Below the pieces are notes generated by a model that did not search any database, was not told the origin of the DNA, and saw only the letters and a program-made list of their open reading frames with translations. The position numbers and the translations under genes were made by a program. DNA of 63,876 bases, counting the filler, from Neoconidiobolus thromboides FSU 785 (Eukaryota > Fungi > Entomophthoromycota), in the NCBI GenBank assembly GCA_025603075.1. It is 5 parts of 5 records of this genome, joined end to end, with 100 filler letters (N's around TTAATTAATTAA, not from the genome) between each part and the next. Parts side by side here need not be neighbours in the genome. Positions count along the whole stretch, not along the records: positions 1 to 15,042 come from MU626602.1; 4 more parts are not named here. The stretch is one strand, 5' to 3'. Below are positions 1 through 12,502 of this stretch, in pieces (within the stretch, counting starts at the first letter, position 1; every line of letters begins with the position of its first letter).

Positions 1-826
1 GCAGCTTTGTTGGTTGGGAATTGGCTTATCGTTATCCAGAGAATATCATTGGATATGTAAGTTTAAGTATTCCTTATCTCCCTACTTTAGGTGAACCAAG
101 AACTGAAAGACAAAAAGCAGAGAAAAACTCTGTATTTGGGTACCAGGTAAGTTAATATTAATACTAATAGATTTAATATTAATATTCTTTATGAAGGTTG
201 CTTTAGGTGAAGGTAATGTAGAAGAATTTGATAATAATGTTGAAAAATTCGTCAAATCATTTTATGTAAAAAAACCCAACTTCGATCCTACAAACTATGT
301 CCATGTACCATTAAATAAGACGTTGTTTGAGCACTTTGATACCTACGATACCTCAAATTCAGAATATATTGATGACAATGTAAGTTTTATAGATTTTATT
401 TTGAAATGTGCTGACTTATTTTTCTAGTATTTAAGTTATTTATATAGTCAATACAAATTATATGGTACAAGAGGACCTACTAATTGGTATCGTACAAGTT
501 ATTTGAATGGGCTTAATGATAAACAAAAGCCTCATCTTAATGTTGAAGTCAAATCTTTACAGGTAAAATATAATTTAATGCTTTTTATAGTAAAAAATTA
601 ATTATTTCATTAGATTTTAGGAGCTAGAGATTTCTGTACTGCTTTTAAGGATGCCGCCCAGAATTATTTAAAAGATGCCTCAATGGTGGTAAGATTAATT
701 TGTTGAGATTCAAAGATACATAATAACTTGTAATGTTAGATTCTTGAAGGCGGGCATTGGATTCATTATTTCGATTATGTTAATGTTAATACTTTGATAG
801 AGAACTTTTTGAAGGAGTTTAAATAA
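1..826 (+). CDS. Soluble epoxide hydrolase-like alpha/beta hydrolase, copy A (5' part outside window)
   Basis: Exons 1-146, 197-379, 428-562, 614-688, 740-826 splice in frame via GT-AG introns. Motifs ...GSFVGWELA, GYQ, GPTNWYR, GARD, EGGHW; stop TAA 824-826. Confidence 0.88.
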
Positions 827-1415
827 ATTTGGTTTAAGATAAAACATTAGATTGTAGTTTTTTGTTGTACTGTGTTATAATTCTACTTTTAATTTTTATT
901 GCATAATAGCTTGTGATCATTATTCTTCTTTTTCAATACTTGTATGAAACTTAGTATATCTTCTGTTTAACTAAAAAAGAGTATAAATACATAAAATACT
1001 AAACAAGACTATGAGTTTAAGATTTGTTTTTTGATTTGATACCTTTGATTTTTAACAATTAAAAATTCTAATAGATTTTTCTACATTATAGTGTAAAAAA
1101 GGATAGATTATAATGGAGTGTTAAATAATTAAAATTTACTAATCTACATTGTCCATGAAAAATTCAATAAGATAATAGAGGCATCTCAAAGAATATTATA
1201 CAATAAAGCTTGAAATAGACTAATAACTCGGATATTGTTTTCATTCATTAAAAATATAAAGCTTTTCCTTAATTAGTGGCTGTTTGAAATGTGTTATGGA
1301 TAAACAGGGGCAAATCGTTTACCCAACATAGAAAATGCAAGTACAAATAGCATCGGAAATGTAATTGAGTTACATGGAAAAACAAAAATAACTTCAGTAT
1401 CATAATCAAATAAAA

Positions 1416-2677
1416 ATGGCTATTCAATACGATTTAGATAATCCAGAGTCTTATAACCATAAGACTGTTCAATTCAACAATAAAGTATATCGTATGTATA
1501 TAAAATTCCTTAGGATTCATATATTGACAGTATTTTAGATTATGTCGAAGAAGGCGCAAGCGACGCACCTTATGTCTTACTACTTCACGGTTTCCCAGAG
1601 GTAAAAATATCAAGCTATTATATCATCTATAATATTTATAATATGTAGTCATGGTATTCATGGAAATATCAAATCGATTTTTTGGTAAAGAAGGGATATC
1701 ATGTGGTTGCATTTGATATGCCAGGATATGGTGAAACCAAAGTAGAAGATAAACTAGAAAACTTTACGTTCAAAACTGTATCTGAAGATATCCATCATAT
1801 TTTCACTCAACACTTTAAGCAAAACAAAGTCTTTGTTATTGCCCATGATTGGGGCAGCTTTGTTGGTTGGGAATTGGCTTATCGTTATCCAGAGAATATC
1901 ATTGGATATGTAAGTTTAAGTATTCCTTATCTCCCTACTTTAGGTGAAGCAAGAACCGAAAAACAAAAGGCTGAAAAAAATTCGGTATTTGGTTATCAAG
2001 TAAATTTTCTTTGTTACTATTATATTACTTTAATTATATTATTTTAAAGGTTGCCTTAGGCGAGGGTAATGTAGAAGAATTTAATAATAATGTTGAAAAA
2101 TTCGTCAAATCATTTTATGTAAAAAAACCCAACTTCGATCCTACAAACTATGTCCATGTACCATTAAATAAGACGCTGTTTGAGCACTTTGATACCTACG
2201 ATACCTCAAATTCAGAATACTTTGATGATAATGTAAGAATTATGAAATTTATAATGTAATGATCTAATCTATTTTTATAGTATTTAAATTACATATATAA
2301 TCGATTTAAAATACAAGGAGCAAAAGGACCTACTAATTGATATCGTACAAGTTATTTAAATGGGCTTAATAATAAACAAAAACCTTATCTCGAGGTTAAA
2401 GTCAAATCTTTACAGGCAAGGTTCTAGTCCATCAAGTATTATAATAATAGCTAAAAAGATATCTAGATTTTGGGGGCTAAAGATGCATGCACTCTTACTA
2501 AAGACTTAGCTCGAGACTACTTGAAGGATATTTCAACAGTGGTAAGATCAGTTCATGAAGGTTTTAGTTTACATAAAATTCATTTCTTAGATTCTTGAAG
2601 GCGGGCATTGGATTCATTACTTTGATCATAAGGAAGTTAATGCTTTGATCGAAGACTTTTTAAAGAGGATTAAATAA
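1416..2677 (+). pseudogene. Epoxide hydrolase copy B, full length but with an in-frame TGA at the conserved Trp of NWYR
   Basis: ATG 1416; LLHGFPE, AFDMPGYG, AHDWG (nucleophile Asp), GAKD, EGGHW. TGA at 2338-2340 where copies A and C have TGG; GC donor at 2416. Confidence 0.8.
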
Positions 2678-2736
2678 CCCCCTATATTTAAATAATTTAT
2701 TTAATCACTGATTTTACTTATTATATTCTATTATTA

Positions 2737-2839
2737 TATGGGGATGTTTTTTTTGGCTTCATTATTTTTTCCATCTTTTAAGTGCTATTTGAGTGGAAAA
2801 ATTGTTAGCAAAATTCTCAAATACAAAAATAGACCCATA
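2737..2839 (-). mobile_element. ~100-nt MITE family A copy
   Basis: TATGGGGATGTTTTTTTTGGCTTC...AAAATAGACCCATA, reverse orientation of the family consensus. Confidence 0.85.
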
Positions 2840-3425
2840 TCATAATTACATTGAATTGTTTATTAGCGTTGCAGCACAAAAATAATTAAAATAAACCATT
2901 CCATTCTGTTTTTAGGATTAATTAAATCCTAATAAATTAAATCCTAATAAATTAAATATCAACTAAGTTTAAATCTAGAATTTCTAATAGGAATTTTAAT
3001 AACTATTTACTATTTATAGTAAACTGATAAAAAAATACTCATAATGATAGATTTGGTATTATTGATAAATATGCAAGAATGAATAATCAATAATCAGGAG
3101 GGAGATCTTAAAATTAACTAACAAGATAAATGTAATTATCCTAATACTCATATTAGTTATATTGTAGGCTTGAAAACTTTAATAGTAGATAATACAACTT
3201 TTTAAATGTTTTATATTAATGGTAATAATAACTTTATTAAGTTAATAGACATATCTAAAAATTTATTTATTTCATTTCTATTATCTTTTTTCAGAAATGC
3301 TATTTCGTTTAATACGGTTTTATTTTAGTTTCTATCATTAATAGTTAACTTAATCACCAGTTGAAGTAGAAAAATATATATATATACTACCTTAGTTTTG
3401 TTAATAAACTAATTTTAAAACTTTA

Positions 3426-3525
3426 TATGAAGATGTTTTTGGCTTCATTACTTTTTCTCCTTTAAGCACTATTTGAGTAAAAAAATTATTAGTAAAATTC
3501 TTAAACACAAAAATACATCCCCATA
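3426..3525 (-). mobile_element. MITE family A copy
   Basis: TATGAAGATGTTTTTGGCTTC...AAAATACATCCCCATA. Confidence 0.85.
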
Positions 3526-4060
3526 TAATAAAATTAAAGTAGACTCAACTATCAAAAAATGTGGGATTTTGAAATCACTTTCAGACCTGTACGAATAGTT
3601 TAAATTTATATAAAATTTGTTCAATTTTTAATTAGCTATGTCTGCATTATAGTTGCTGCAACTTTATTGTAACCTAGTTAATTAATTGTTCATTTGAATA
3701 TAGGTTGTTTTCACTAAAATCAGATTGAAATCAAAATTAAGCACTGAAAAAATAAAGTAACTTGCTCTAAGAATTAGAGTGATCTAGGTCGTAACAAAGC
3801 AGCAGCAGTATTTATATATTTGTGTCCAAAGTTGAAGTTAGACTTTTAGACATTTGTTGTCAACGCTGTGTTGTAAGCTTTTTTGTTGTTTGTTATCAAG
3901 AATAAAAGTTTAAAATAAAACTTATTTTCAAGCAGTAATTTTCATTTGATTAATTATAATCTGTTTTAGAAAATTCTAAAAAAATCGTCAATCATTAATC
4001 TAATTAAATAATCTAATCAAAAAAAATCAAATCATTTTTTATTGAGATAAAATACAAAAA

Positions 4061-6353
4061 ATGAGAGGTATTAAGACGTTAACTTTAAATGGAATCAAAG
4101 GAAAGTATTCAGGAGTACCAGCCATTCATAGAAACCAATACACAAGTCTAAAATATTCATTCAATTCTAAATCCAATCCTAAATTCAATAGCAACAACAA
4201 TTCATTTAGATATACCGCGCCATTATTACTCATCACGCTATTAGGAGTTGGGTTGGTTTACAATAATAATAATAAAATTCAATTGGAGACATCAAATGAA
4301 ATCACTGTAAACGAAGAGAAGAGAATTAACTTATTAACTTTAACGGAAGAAGAAGGTTATAAATTACAAAATCAACAAGTAGAAAATTCAAGACAATATC
4401 CAGGCGTATTTATTTGGGGAAGTAATGAGTAAGTACTCTTAAATCTATTAATTTTAAATAATCGTGTTTATTCTATATTTTCATTATAGATATGGTCTTG
4501 TTGATCCCTTAGAAGCCAAAGAAAAAGTAAATAAATTTGCAAAGAAATTAGATTGTTTTGAAAATATGTTGTTTCGTGATGTTTCGTTGGATAAAACTCA
4601 TGCTGGTAAGATTGAACTATTATAATTATTTGCTACTGAAAGTTAATAATATATATGATTTGTTAGCTGCTATTGATTCTAATGGAGATTTGTATCAGTG
4701 GGGTTATGGTTATTTTGGCGGAGAAGTAAAAAAATTACCTGAAATTAGTTTAAAGGGGAAGGATTTAATTAAGGTCGATACAACGTAAGTTCAAAAATCA
4801 ATAGGAGAGTTTTAATTTTATAATACTATTTTTTTATAGAGAAGATAAAGTAATTACATTAACTAAATCAGGAGAGTTATTAGTATTAGAAGCATTGAAA
4901 GAAAAACAGACTCAAGACAATAATAACAATAACTCGTGGAGTTCTTATTTTACAACTCAAAATAAAATTGCTTTTAAAAAGATCAAAATATCGGATCTAG
5001 CTTGGGGTGAAAAGTAAGTTAATATTATTATATAAATTGATATAATATAATATTTATTCTACATTTTAATTAGAATCATTGATTTTTCTAGTGGTAAACA
5101 TCATGTTTTATTTTACACCAATAAAAATCGATTATTTTCCATGGCATGTGATAATAAGGGAAATAGCTATGGTCAATTAGGTACTGATAATGAAGATAAT
5201 AATAATAATTCAATAAATAACGAATATAAAATCAATTCAATTCAATTAAGTAATGAAACAAATGTAATTGATAAAGTAGTTTGTGGAGATTATCATAATA
5301 TTATTAAGTAAGTTAAAAGAATATTCTAAACTTTGATATAAAATATTAATATTTAATTTTACAATTAGAACAAAAGATAATAGAATATATTCTTTTGGTT
5401 CCAATTCTTATGGAGTAAGTAATATTATTATTTATAATAACAATAATAATTAACTCAATCAAATAGCAACTATCTATTGGAGGATTAAAAGCAACCAATA
5501 AATTAAGTAGCTTACCATTAGAAATAACAAATATAATAGCTCCATCAAATTATACTTATAAAAATAATGTCATTGATATTTATGCTGGGGGCGATACCTC
5601 AATATTTATTGTTAATCAAAAAATGATTAATAATAATAACAATAATAATAATAGTAATGAAAATAGTAATAATAATAATGAAACAATTGCTATGTATACT
5701 ACTGGTTTTGGTCAATGGGGTCAATTAGGCAATGGAAAGGTAATTAATAGTAATAATTTAACAATAATTTATTTTAATTTTTCTATTTTTATTAGTTTAT
5801 TCAAGCTTCAGGTACTCCTTGTAAAGTCATCGCACTTTCAGATAAAGTAGAATGTAAGCTTGTTTATAATATTATTAGTTTATTTATTAACGTTTCTATT
5901 TTAGATTCGGAAAAATTCAATAAATTACAACCCATGACCTTTTTAAATATAAGCTTAAGTTCTACTCATGGATTTGCTGTTTATAATAATGAAACTGGGA
6001 CTGAATTTGGAAATTCAGTTTACACTTGGTAATTAATTGTGTTTTATATACGTTTTTAATAATTTATCACTATTACTATTAGGGGTAAAAATCAAGATTA
6101 TCAGTGTAATACAAGTAAAAAAAATTCCATAGCCACACCAATACCCCCAATTATACCTTTTTACAATACCAATGATATTATGAAATTAAACGAAACTAAT
6201 TTAGCTTTATTAGTTAAAACTAAAATGTTATTAGCACCAAGTAAAAAAGTTATAGTCAATAACAAAAATAATGGGTTTAAACAATTTATATTTTATCAAC
6301 AAATTGAAGCTGGTGAAGCTACTTCTATTTTATATTCAAAAGTAAAGATTTAA
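4061..6353 (+). CDS. Mitochondrial RCC1-repeat protein (FMP25/RCC1L-like), multi-exon
   Basis: Basic presequence-like N-terminus, a TM segment (LLLITLLGVGLVY), then RCC1 motifs (FIWGSN, LYQWGYG, SSGKHH, NSYGQLG, VCGDYH, GFGQWGQLGNG); about 9 introns; TAA 6351-6353. Confidence 0.8.
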
Positions 6354-6519
6354 AGTAAGTGGAGATACATTAAATTATAAAGTCAAATAAAGTAAATAGA
6401 AAAATATAAATATAAATTAATAACTTCATTTTGTTTAACTTTTAATATATAAAAATTCGTTTCATACTAAAAGCTAATTTATCATATATAGCAAAGAAAA
6501 TAACATATTCGTATTCAAT

Positions 6520-7748
6520 TTAATCAGTATAATCAATTGCATCTGATTTTTCACCTTTTTGTAAGGACATAGATTGTAACTTCGAAGCTAAAGAATGACG
6601 TAAATTGGATTGATTTTGTTGTTCATTTAAATTTGATAATTGTCGAATTTCATTAATAATATCTTTTGTTTTTTGAAAATAAACTTCATGTAATGTATTT
6701 CGAATTTTACTTTCTTGCTCTTCGATTAATTGACCTAAATTAATTATATGATCATTCATTTGAGTAACACTACTTTCAATTTCACTCTATTTTTATATAA
6801 AAATATATAGAATATAAATGTTAAAAATTCATAATTAGTAATTATATTAATATATAAACCACTTTAGAATTTCTTACCATTCGACGAATGCTACCTGATA
6901 AATTTAATGTACCAACATTACTGTTATTAGTAATTGTATATAATAATATACTTGATGATAATCTATAAACTACATGAGATCCATTTAAATCCGCTTCAAA
7001 TATATGAATTGAATCCCATGCTCCACGTACCCTTTTATTGTTATCATTAACTAATGATTAAATTATTTAATTAATAAATTCATTTTTTAATTATTATTTA
7101 TATTATATTTGAACTTACTTTTTTTTATTAATATAGTACCATTAAACCCTTTCTTATGTTCCCAAAGATAAACTGAAGAAATACCACCTTCATAATAACT
7201 AAGTAAAAGATTAATATTAATATTAAAACTTGAATAATTTATCTTACAGTTTAGTATAAACTTGAAAAGCATCATTAAAAGCAACTTCTAAACTTCTTAA
7301 TGCTGAAGATGGATAAATATCAGTAGCTATTTCAGGTTCGTATTCATTAGACCAAGGGGAACTAAACAGAATAAAAATTAATTCATACAATCTAATACCA
7401 AACTCAAACTTCAAATTTCAAACTCAATTCCTTTGAACAAATACTTAATATCAAAATCAACTTACCGATAGGAGTCCCCATCTCTATTAAACTCAGATAA
7501 AAGATATTCTTTACCAGTTTTTTTACATAAACTAATACCTAACGGTTTTTCAATATTTTCATAAAATGTGTCTGAATATTCAGGTAATAAATCACATAAA
7601 TTTTCCAAATTAAGTTCTAATTTTTGAGGTGGCATACGACGCATTAAATCAATAGCACATTCAATTGGTTTGTACTAAATAATATTAAAAAGGTAAAGGC
7701 TTAGTATCTAAAGAGGGGGACCAATAAAAGAAATTTTACTTCTTCCAT
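6520..7748 (-). CDS. CAP2: F-actin capping protein beta subunit
   Basis: ECAIDLMRRMPPQ, EFNRDGDSYR/SPWSNEY, YYEGGISSVYLWE, WDSIH, HIINLGQLIEEQESKIRNTLHEVYFQKTKDI. Confidence 0.96.
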
Positions 7749-7969
7749 TTTTACTAGTTGTGTTCTGTTTCTGGATTTGAAAATTTTATAAAAAAATAGT
7801 TGTCATTTCTTATGAGTTGTTTTGAAAAACTATGTAATAAATTGAATTAAACCAATCAAATTTTAAATTAGAACATTGACAGATTTTATTTCTAAAAAAT
7901 AAAAGTAACTAAATAAAAATAACTTACAAAGATCAAAAAATAATATTAAAGTTTTATTTTAATTTTATT

Positions 7970-9280
7970 TTATAAACTATCGAATTTAAATAAATCATTT
8001 TTACTATTGTTGGCAGTATCTTTCTTATTCAATTGAATTTCATTAACTTGTTCTTGATTGTTTTCCAGCTTTTCAGGTATAAGTAAAGTCGAATTAAAAG
8101 GTGGGGATTTTATACTAAAAAACAATTTAATAATTAGGAATTAAACTATATAAAATCATCACCTTGAAGAACGAAGGATAGGAGGTGATGTGGTGGTAGC
8201 AGAAGTTGAAAATCCTAAAAGGTAAGTGGATAAAAGGTCCTAAATCAAAAAGGAATAAAAATCAATTTAATTAAATAATTTATAGTTGAAATAGAATAAT
8301 GTTTACTTTAAACTCTTCATAAGCAACTTTAAATAATTCATTATGAGTGGATATCAATTTATTAACATTTGGTTTTTCAATTTTTTGTTTAATAGATTTG
8401 TTATATGTAATAGAACTATTAAAGAAAGAATATGTATATTAAATATTAACAATAGAATTATAATGTAATTACCTTGGAGCTATTAGATTTGTAAAATTTA
8501 ACTTATCTATCTCATTTAAGTCTTCATTAGCTTCATTTTTTAATTGGGGATTAAAATCGGTTAAATTTAATATCTTTAATTTTGCAATGTTACAACTTAA
8601 ACTAAAAAAATGATATTTATATTTACATAAAAGACAAAAAATAATATATACTTACTCATTAAAAATTGAAAATAACTTGAATTTAGTTTGATGTATAGAA
8701 TATTCATTATCTTTTTTAGTTCCATTCATAGCTAATATTAACATTGGTTTTTCCATCCCATTATTATCGTTATTTAGATTAAGTTTGATAAGTGAACTAA
8801 TAAATCTTTGCAATCTTAAAGAAGGAAGTAATGGCTCTTCTTCATTATCAGTAAAATAAAAATAGCCTACTAGATTCTATTGATCTATGAACACATCATC
8901 CTTTTATAAAATTTAATAGCTACGAAATCTTACTTTTTGTTCTTCTTTTAAAATTTGCTTTAATATATTTTCTTCACAGTTCCCATCAATATCCATTAAA
9001 AATAATCTTTGTTGTTGATTGAATTTAATATAGCCTTTAATCATACTGTTTAATATTTTTTTAAATTTTAATTCATCCGAATTATCAGTTATATTTTTAT
9101 GAGAGTCCAAATCTTGTATCCCAAATAAAAAACCTTCCTATATAAAATTTATTCTAATACTTCCAAATCTAGAATATTAGAATAGTTAATTACCATTCCT
9201 TCCCCCTTAGAGGTAGATGTTTCAGCTAATAAATTGGCTAAAGCTGGTGAAGTTATTAAATAGTTAAATTCATCGATCAT
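7970..9280 (-). CDS. Abraxas/FAM175-like MPN(-) domain protein (BRCA1-A/BRISC scaffold-like)
   Basis: Six exons splice in frame: LITSPALANLL...EGMEGFLFG...KNITD...IKGYIKF...IDGNCEENILKQIL...NLVGYFYF...SIHQTKFKLF...LKILNL. This follows the Abraxas pattern (EGFLLG, NSITD, GEVNEQALKKIL, NVVGWYKF) recalled from memory. Confidence 0.62.
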
Positions 9281-9412
9281 TATTTTTTAAAGAATAAAAG
9301 AAGTGAAAAATTAAAAAATTGAAGCTTTAAAAAGTCCAAAAAATTAAAAACTAAAATTTAAAGATATGTATAGAATTCATGTATAAATATTCAATTTAAA
9401 AGTTTATATAAA

Positions 9413-10348
9413 TTACAAACAAAGACGATAAGTTAAATATCTACCTGCCGTTTCTGAATTTCTAACAATTTTGACGACCTAAAAGTAAAAAATTACGACA
9501 TTAGTATCTCAAAGTTTCTTTTTAGGAAAATCAATCTAACTTACATCTCCGCGTCTAAGTCCATAATATCTAGCTACAGGATCATTTTGTTGAATACGGG
9601 GTAATTGAGTATCTTTTAAATGATATCTTTTTAATAATGTTTCTTTTTCTTCTTTAGTCAAAAGTACATGCTTAGGAACTAATACATGTTCTGTGATATT
9701 AATTTGGCATTCTTTTTCTTCAAATACTTCACATAAAAATTTAGGTGCAAAACTTAATAATCCCTATTATTGGTTAAAGAAAATTAATATAAGAGTATAT
9801 TAAAAGGATCAGATTATGAATTTACTTTAACAGCTGCTGGAGTTAATTTTTTTTCACATATAATAACACAACGTGGAATATTTCTTGCTTCTAATTTGTT
9901 ATAGATGCTAAACAAAAAAAGTAAACTGACAAATCCCTTAATATTTATATTAAAAAACCTACTCTTTAACTGGTTGTACACCTGAAGAAGCATTTGATAA
10001 AAAAGTAGCTAAAATTCGATCTTCACTATCCCCTTCTTTTTCAGCTGTAAACTCTAACATGGAGCGACTAGAAAGTAGGAAAGGAAATTAGTTTAAGTAA
10101 AATATTGTTTGCTTTTTCTTATTTTTAAAACAAATTGATAGAAATGAAACTTACTCTACTCCCCCTTCTCTAATAAAAATATCAAGTGAAATAGCGTCTT
10201 CAACAATCCTATAATTCTATTGTTCAAATTTTAAATTTAAATCCTTTTTTTTCTTAAATCTAAAACTTACTCTACTTTCGATCATAGTTCTTACATTCGT
10301 ATAAATACGATGAATTTTGGCAATATTGGAATCATAAGTGGCACTCAT
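9413..10348 (-). CDS. RPB5: RNA polymerase I/II/III shared subunit RPABC1
   Basis: [53 protein letters not shown]; 5-6 introns. Confidence 0.97.
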
Positions 10349-10384
10349 TTTTATATATTAATTCTATTTTGATAAGTTAAAACT

Positions 10385-10700
10385 TTTGTTAAAAAACTTT
10401 GAAAATATTTGAATCCTTGAGTTTATGGTTATTATGGGAGATTTCAATTTATATTTTGATTCTTTAAGGGATTGATTTAGTATATTAGCATGTTTTTTTA
10501 CTTGCGATTTTACTGGCAAAATTTCATTATTAGGACTTACAAAATGAACAAATAAATGATCAAAAAAACTATAACTATATAACATTTAGAACTATATACT
10601 CTTGGGAATTCCATCTTAATATAGAATTTAAGATCCAAGTTTTGAAAAGTTTTAGCCCTAATGCTTACTTTAAGTAATTTCATCCTACAGCAAATATTGG
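10385..10700 (+). mobile_element. Degenerate non-LTR (LINE) apurinic endonuclease fragment
   Basis: MVIMGDFN read from 10425 (APE motif), followed by stops; ITFR...S-like segment downstream. Confidence 0.4.
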
Positions 10701-11448
10701 AAATACCATATTACTAAGGGTTGAGTTTAAATAGAACGTTTTATGTTAATAGTAAATGAACTTGCTTTAAATAATAAACTCAAATTTGATTAATATTATC
10801 ATTATACATGGGATTTTTTGTATTTATGGTGTCAAATGTATAAATATTAAACTAGGTTCTGAACTAATTTGATTAATTTTCTGTTTAAATTTTAGTTTAA
10901 TATTTTGAATCTTTAATCTTTATCTTTGAAAATAGAATATCTTATAAAAGTTAAAAGTATGAAGGATAAAACAAAAATTAAAAACTATAGAAGCTAATAT
11001 TAGGTTGGATCCGAGAATAAGCTTGACTTTCACTATAAAAGCTTTAAAAAAAACAGGCTATAAAAACTGTTTATAATTGTACTTTAAATGAATTGTTTTA
11101 ATTAAAAAATAAACCTGGAGGATCTTATTGAAAAAATAAAATATCTGCTAATAATTTGATATAAGTAATAATCAATAAGAGCTGTAAACATTATAAGAAT
11201 CGTAGAAAAAAGTAAAAAAAGTGGAAAAGTTTAATAGTTTATTAAAAATAAAGTAAAATAAATTAAGTTAATTCGAATTAGACTATAGTTTTTCAAACTA
11301 TTTATTAATATGTCAAATTTACAACATAATAAATTTAAATATTAGCTATAAAACTAAACATTTTACTTTTTACTTATTTATAAAATAAGTCAAAAAAAAT
11401 ACTTTTAAAAATTACCACTAACCTAAGTTATTATTTTTTACTGATAGT

Positions 11449-11545
11449 TATAAAAGTTATTATTTAATAATTAAAATTAAAAGCAGCTTTTGCTTAATTA
11501 ACTGACTATAAGTTAAAAAGTTCTAGTCTATATAACCAAAGTTAA
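11449..11545 (+). mobile_element. Heavily G->A/C->T mutated relic of the LTR family B 5' end
   Basis: Aligns without gaps over 39 nt to 11653-11691 and continues to resemble 11692-11745; differences are mainly loss of G/C. Confidence 0.65.
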
Positions 11546-11594
11546 TATATACTAATCTATAAAACTAAAGTTAATATATACTAATCTATAAACT
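11538..11594. repeat. Tandem duplication of a 29-nt unit
   Basis: AAAGTTAATATATACTAATCTATAAAACT x2 (second copy 28 nt). Confidence 0.85.
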
Positions 11595-11652
11595 ATGTAA
11601 AATAAATAATACTATTATAAAATTTATAAAAAACATTACAAAGGCTAATAGC

Positions 11653-12153
11653 TGTGAAATCTAGTACTCAAGGTTTGGAGTCAAGAACAGCTATTGCTGG
11701 GTTGATTACACTATAAGTCGAAAGGTCTTAGTTTATGTGACTAAGATAGACTTGGATTATGAAGAATAGCGCGTAATAGGTTACAAGCTATATAAGACAG
11801 ATAGAATAGATAATACTAATGTAAATCTACGTAAAATACTATTAAGTAAACTTACTGGCTTTATTAAATGTTCGAGATATCAGGGAATAATTCAGTTAAA
11901 AAGCCTCGAACTACTATACTCTGTAAACTCTTTTATACTCTGTAAACTCTTTTATACTCTGTAAACTCTTTTATACTCTGAAAAGTATAAATATCAAAAT
12001 GAGAAGATAATATTCTTCGGGATGGAGCTAGAAATTCTCATAGCAAACCAAACTAAGAACGTAGGATTGATTTTCTCTGAACTCAAAAACACAATAACTT
12101 AGGCGATTGTTATGTTATAATTAACCATGGGACTGACAAAGCGATATTTCACA
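11653..12153 (+). mobile_element. Solo LTR, family B (Ty3/Gypsy-like), 501 nt
   Basis: Starts TGTGAAAT, ends ATTTCACA (8-nt inverted ends, TG...CA); 4-nt target-site duplication TAGC on both sides; TATAAATA at 11986. Confidence 0.85.
11916..11980. repeat. 19-nt tandem repeat x3.4 inside the LTR
   Basis: ATACTCTGTAAACTCTTTT repeated. Confidence 0.9.
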
Positions 12154-12183
12154 TAGCTTTATTGAAAAATATGCCATTAAGAA

Positions 12184-12285
12184 ATGGGGATGTATTTTTT
12201 TGTTCAAGAATTTTATTACCAATCTTTCCTCTCAAATATCACTTAAAAAATAGAAAAGGTGATGAAATCAAAAAATACATCCCCA
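12184..12285 (+). mobile_element. MITE family A copy
   Basis: ATGGGGATGTATTTTTT...AAAAATACATCCCCA. Confidence 0.85.
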
Positions 12286-12502
12286 AATAGTTTAATAAAA
12301 AAGCTCTAAATTATTGTATTAAAATACAAAGATGATATTTTTTGTAATTAAGTGGTAACTATTTTTATAACAAATTTAAATAAAAAGCTTTAAATTAATT
12401 ATATCTGAATTCAAAAATATAATAACCTTCAGTAGTAAAACCACCTAAAGTTAATTAAATGCAAAAAAACATGATCATATTATATTATAATTAAATAGGC
12501 TA

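Noticed and set aside
5630-5685. (AAT)n poly-Asn tracts in coding exons
   Set aside because: Ordinary low-complexity sequence in AT-rich eukaryotes.
11311-11373. Possible mutated LINE CCHC knuckle (CQIY...KHFTFY)
   Set aside because: Residue spacing does not fit the CX1-3CX7-8HX4C pattern; too weak to call.
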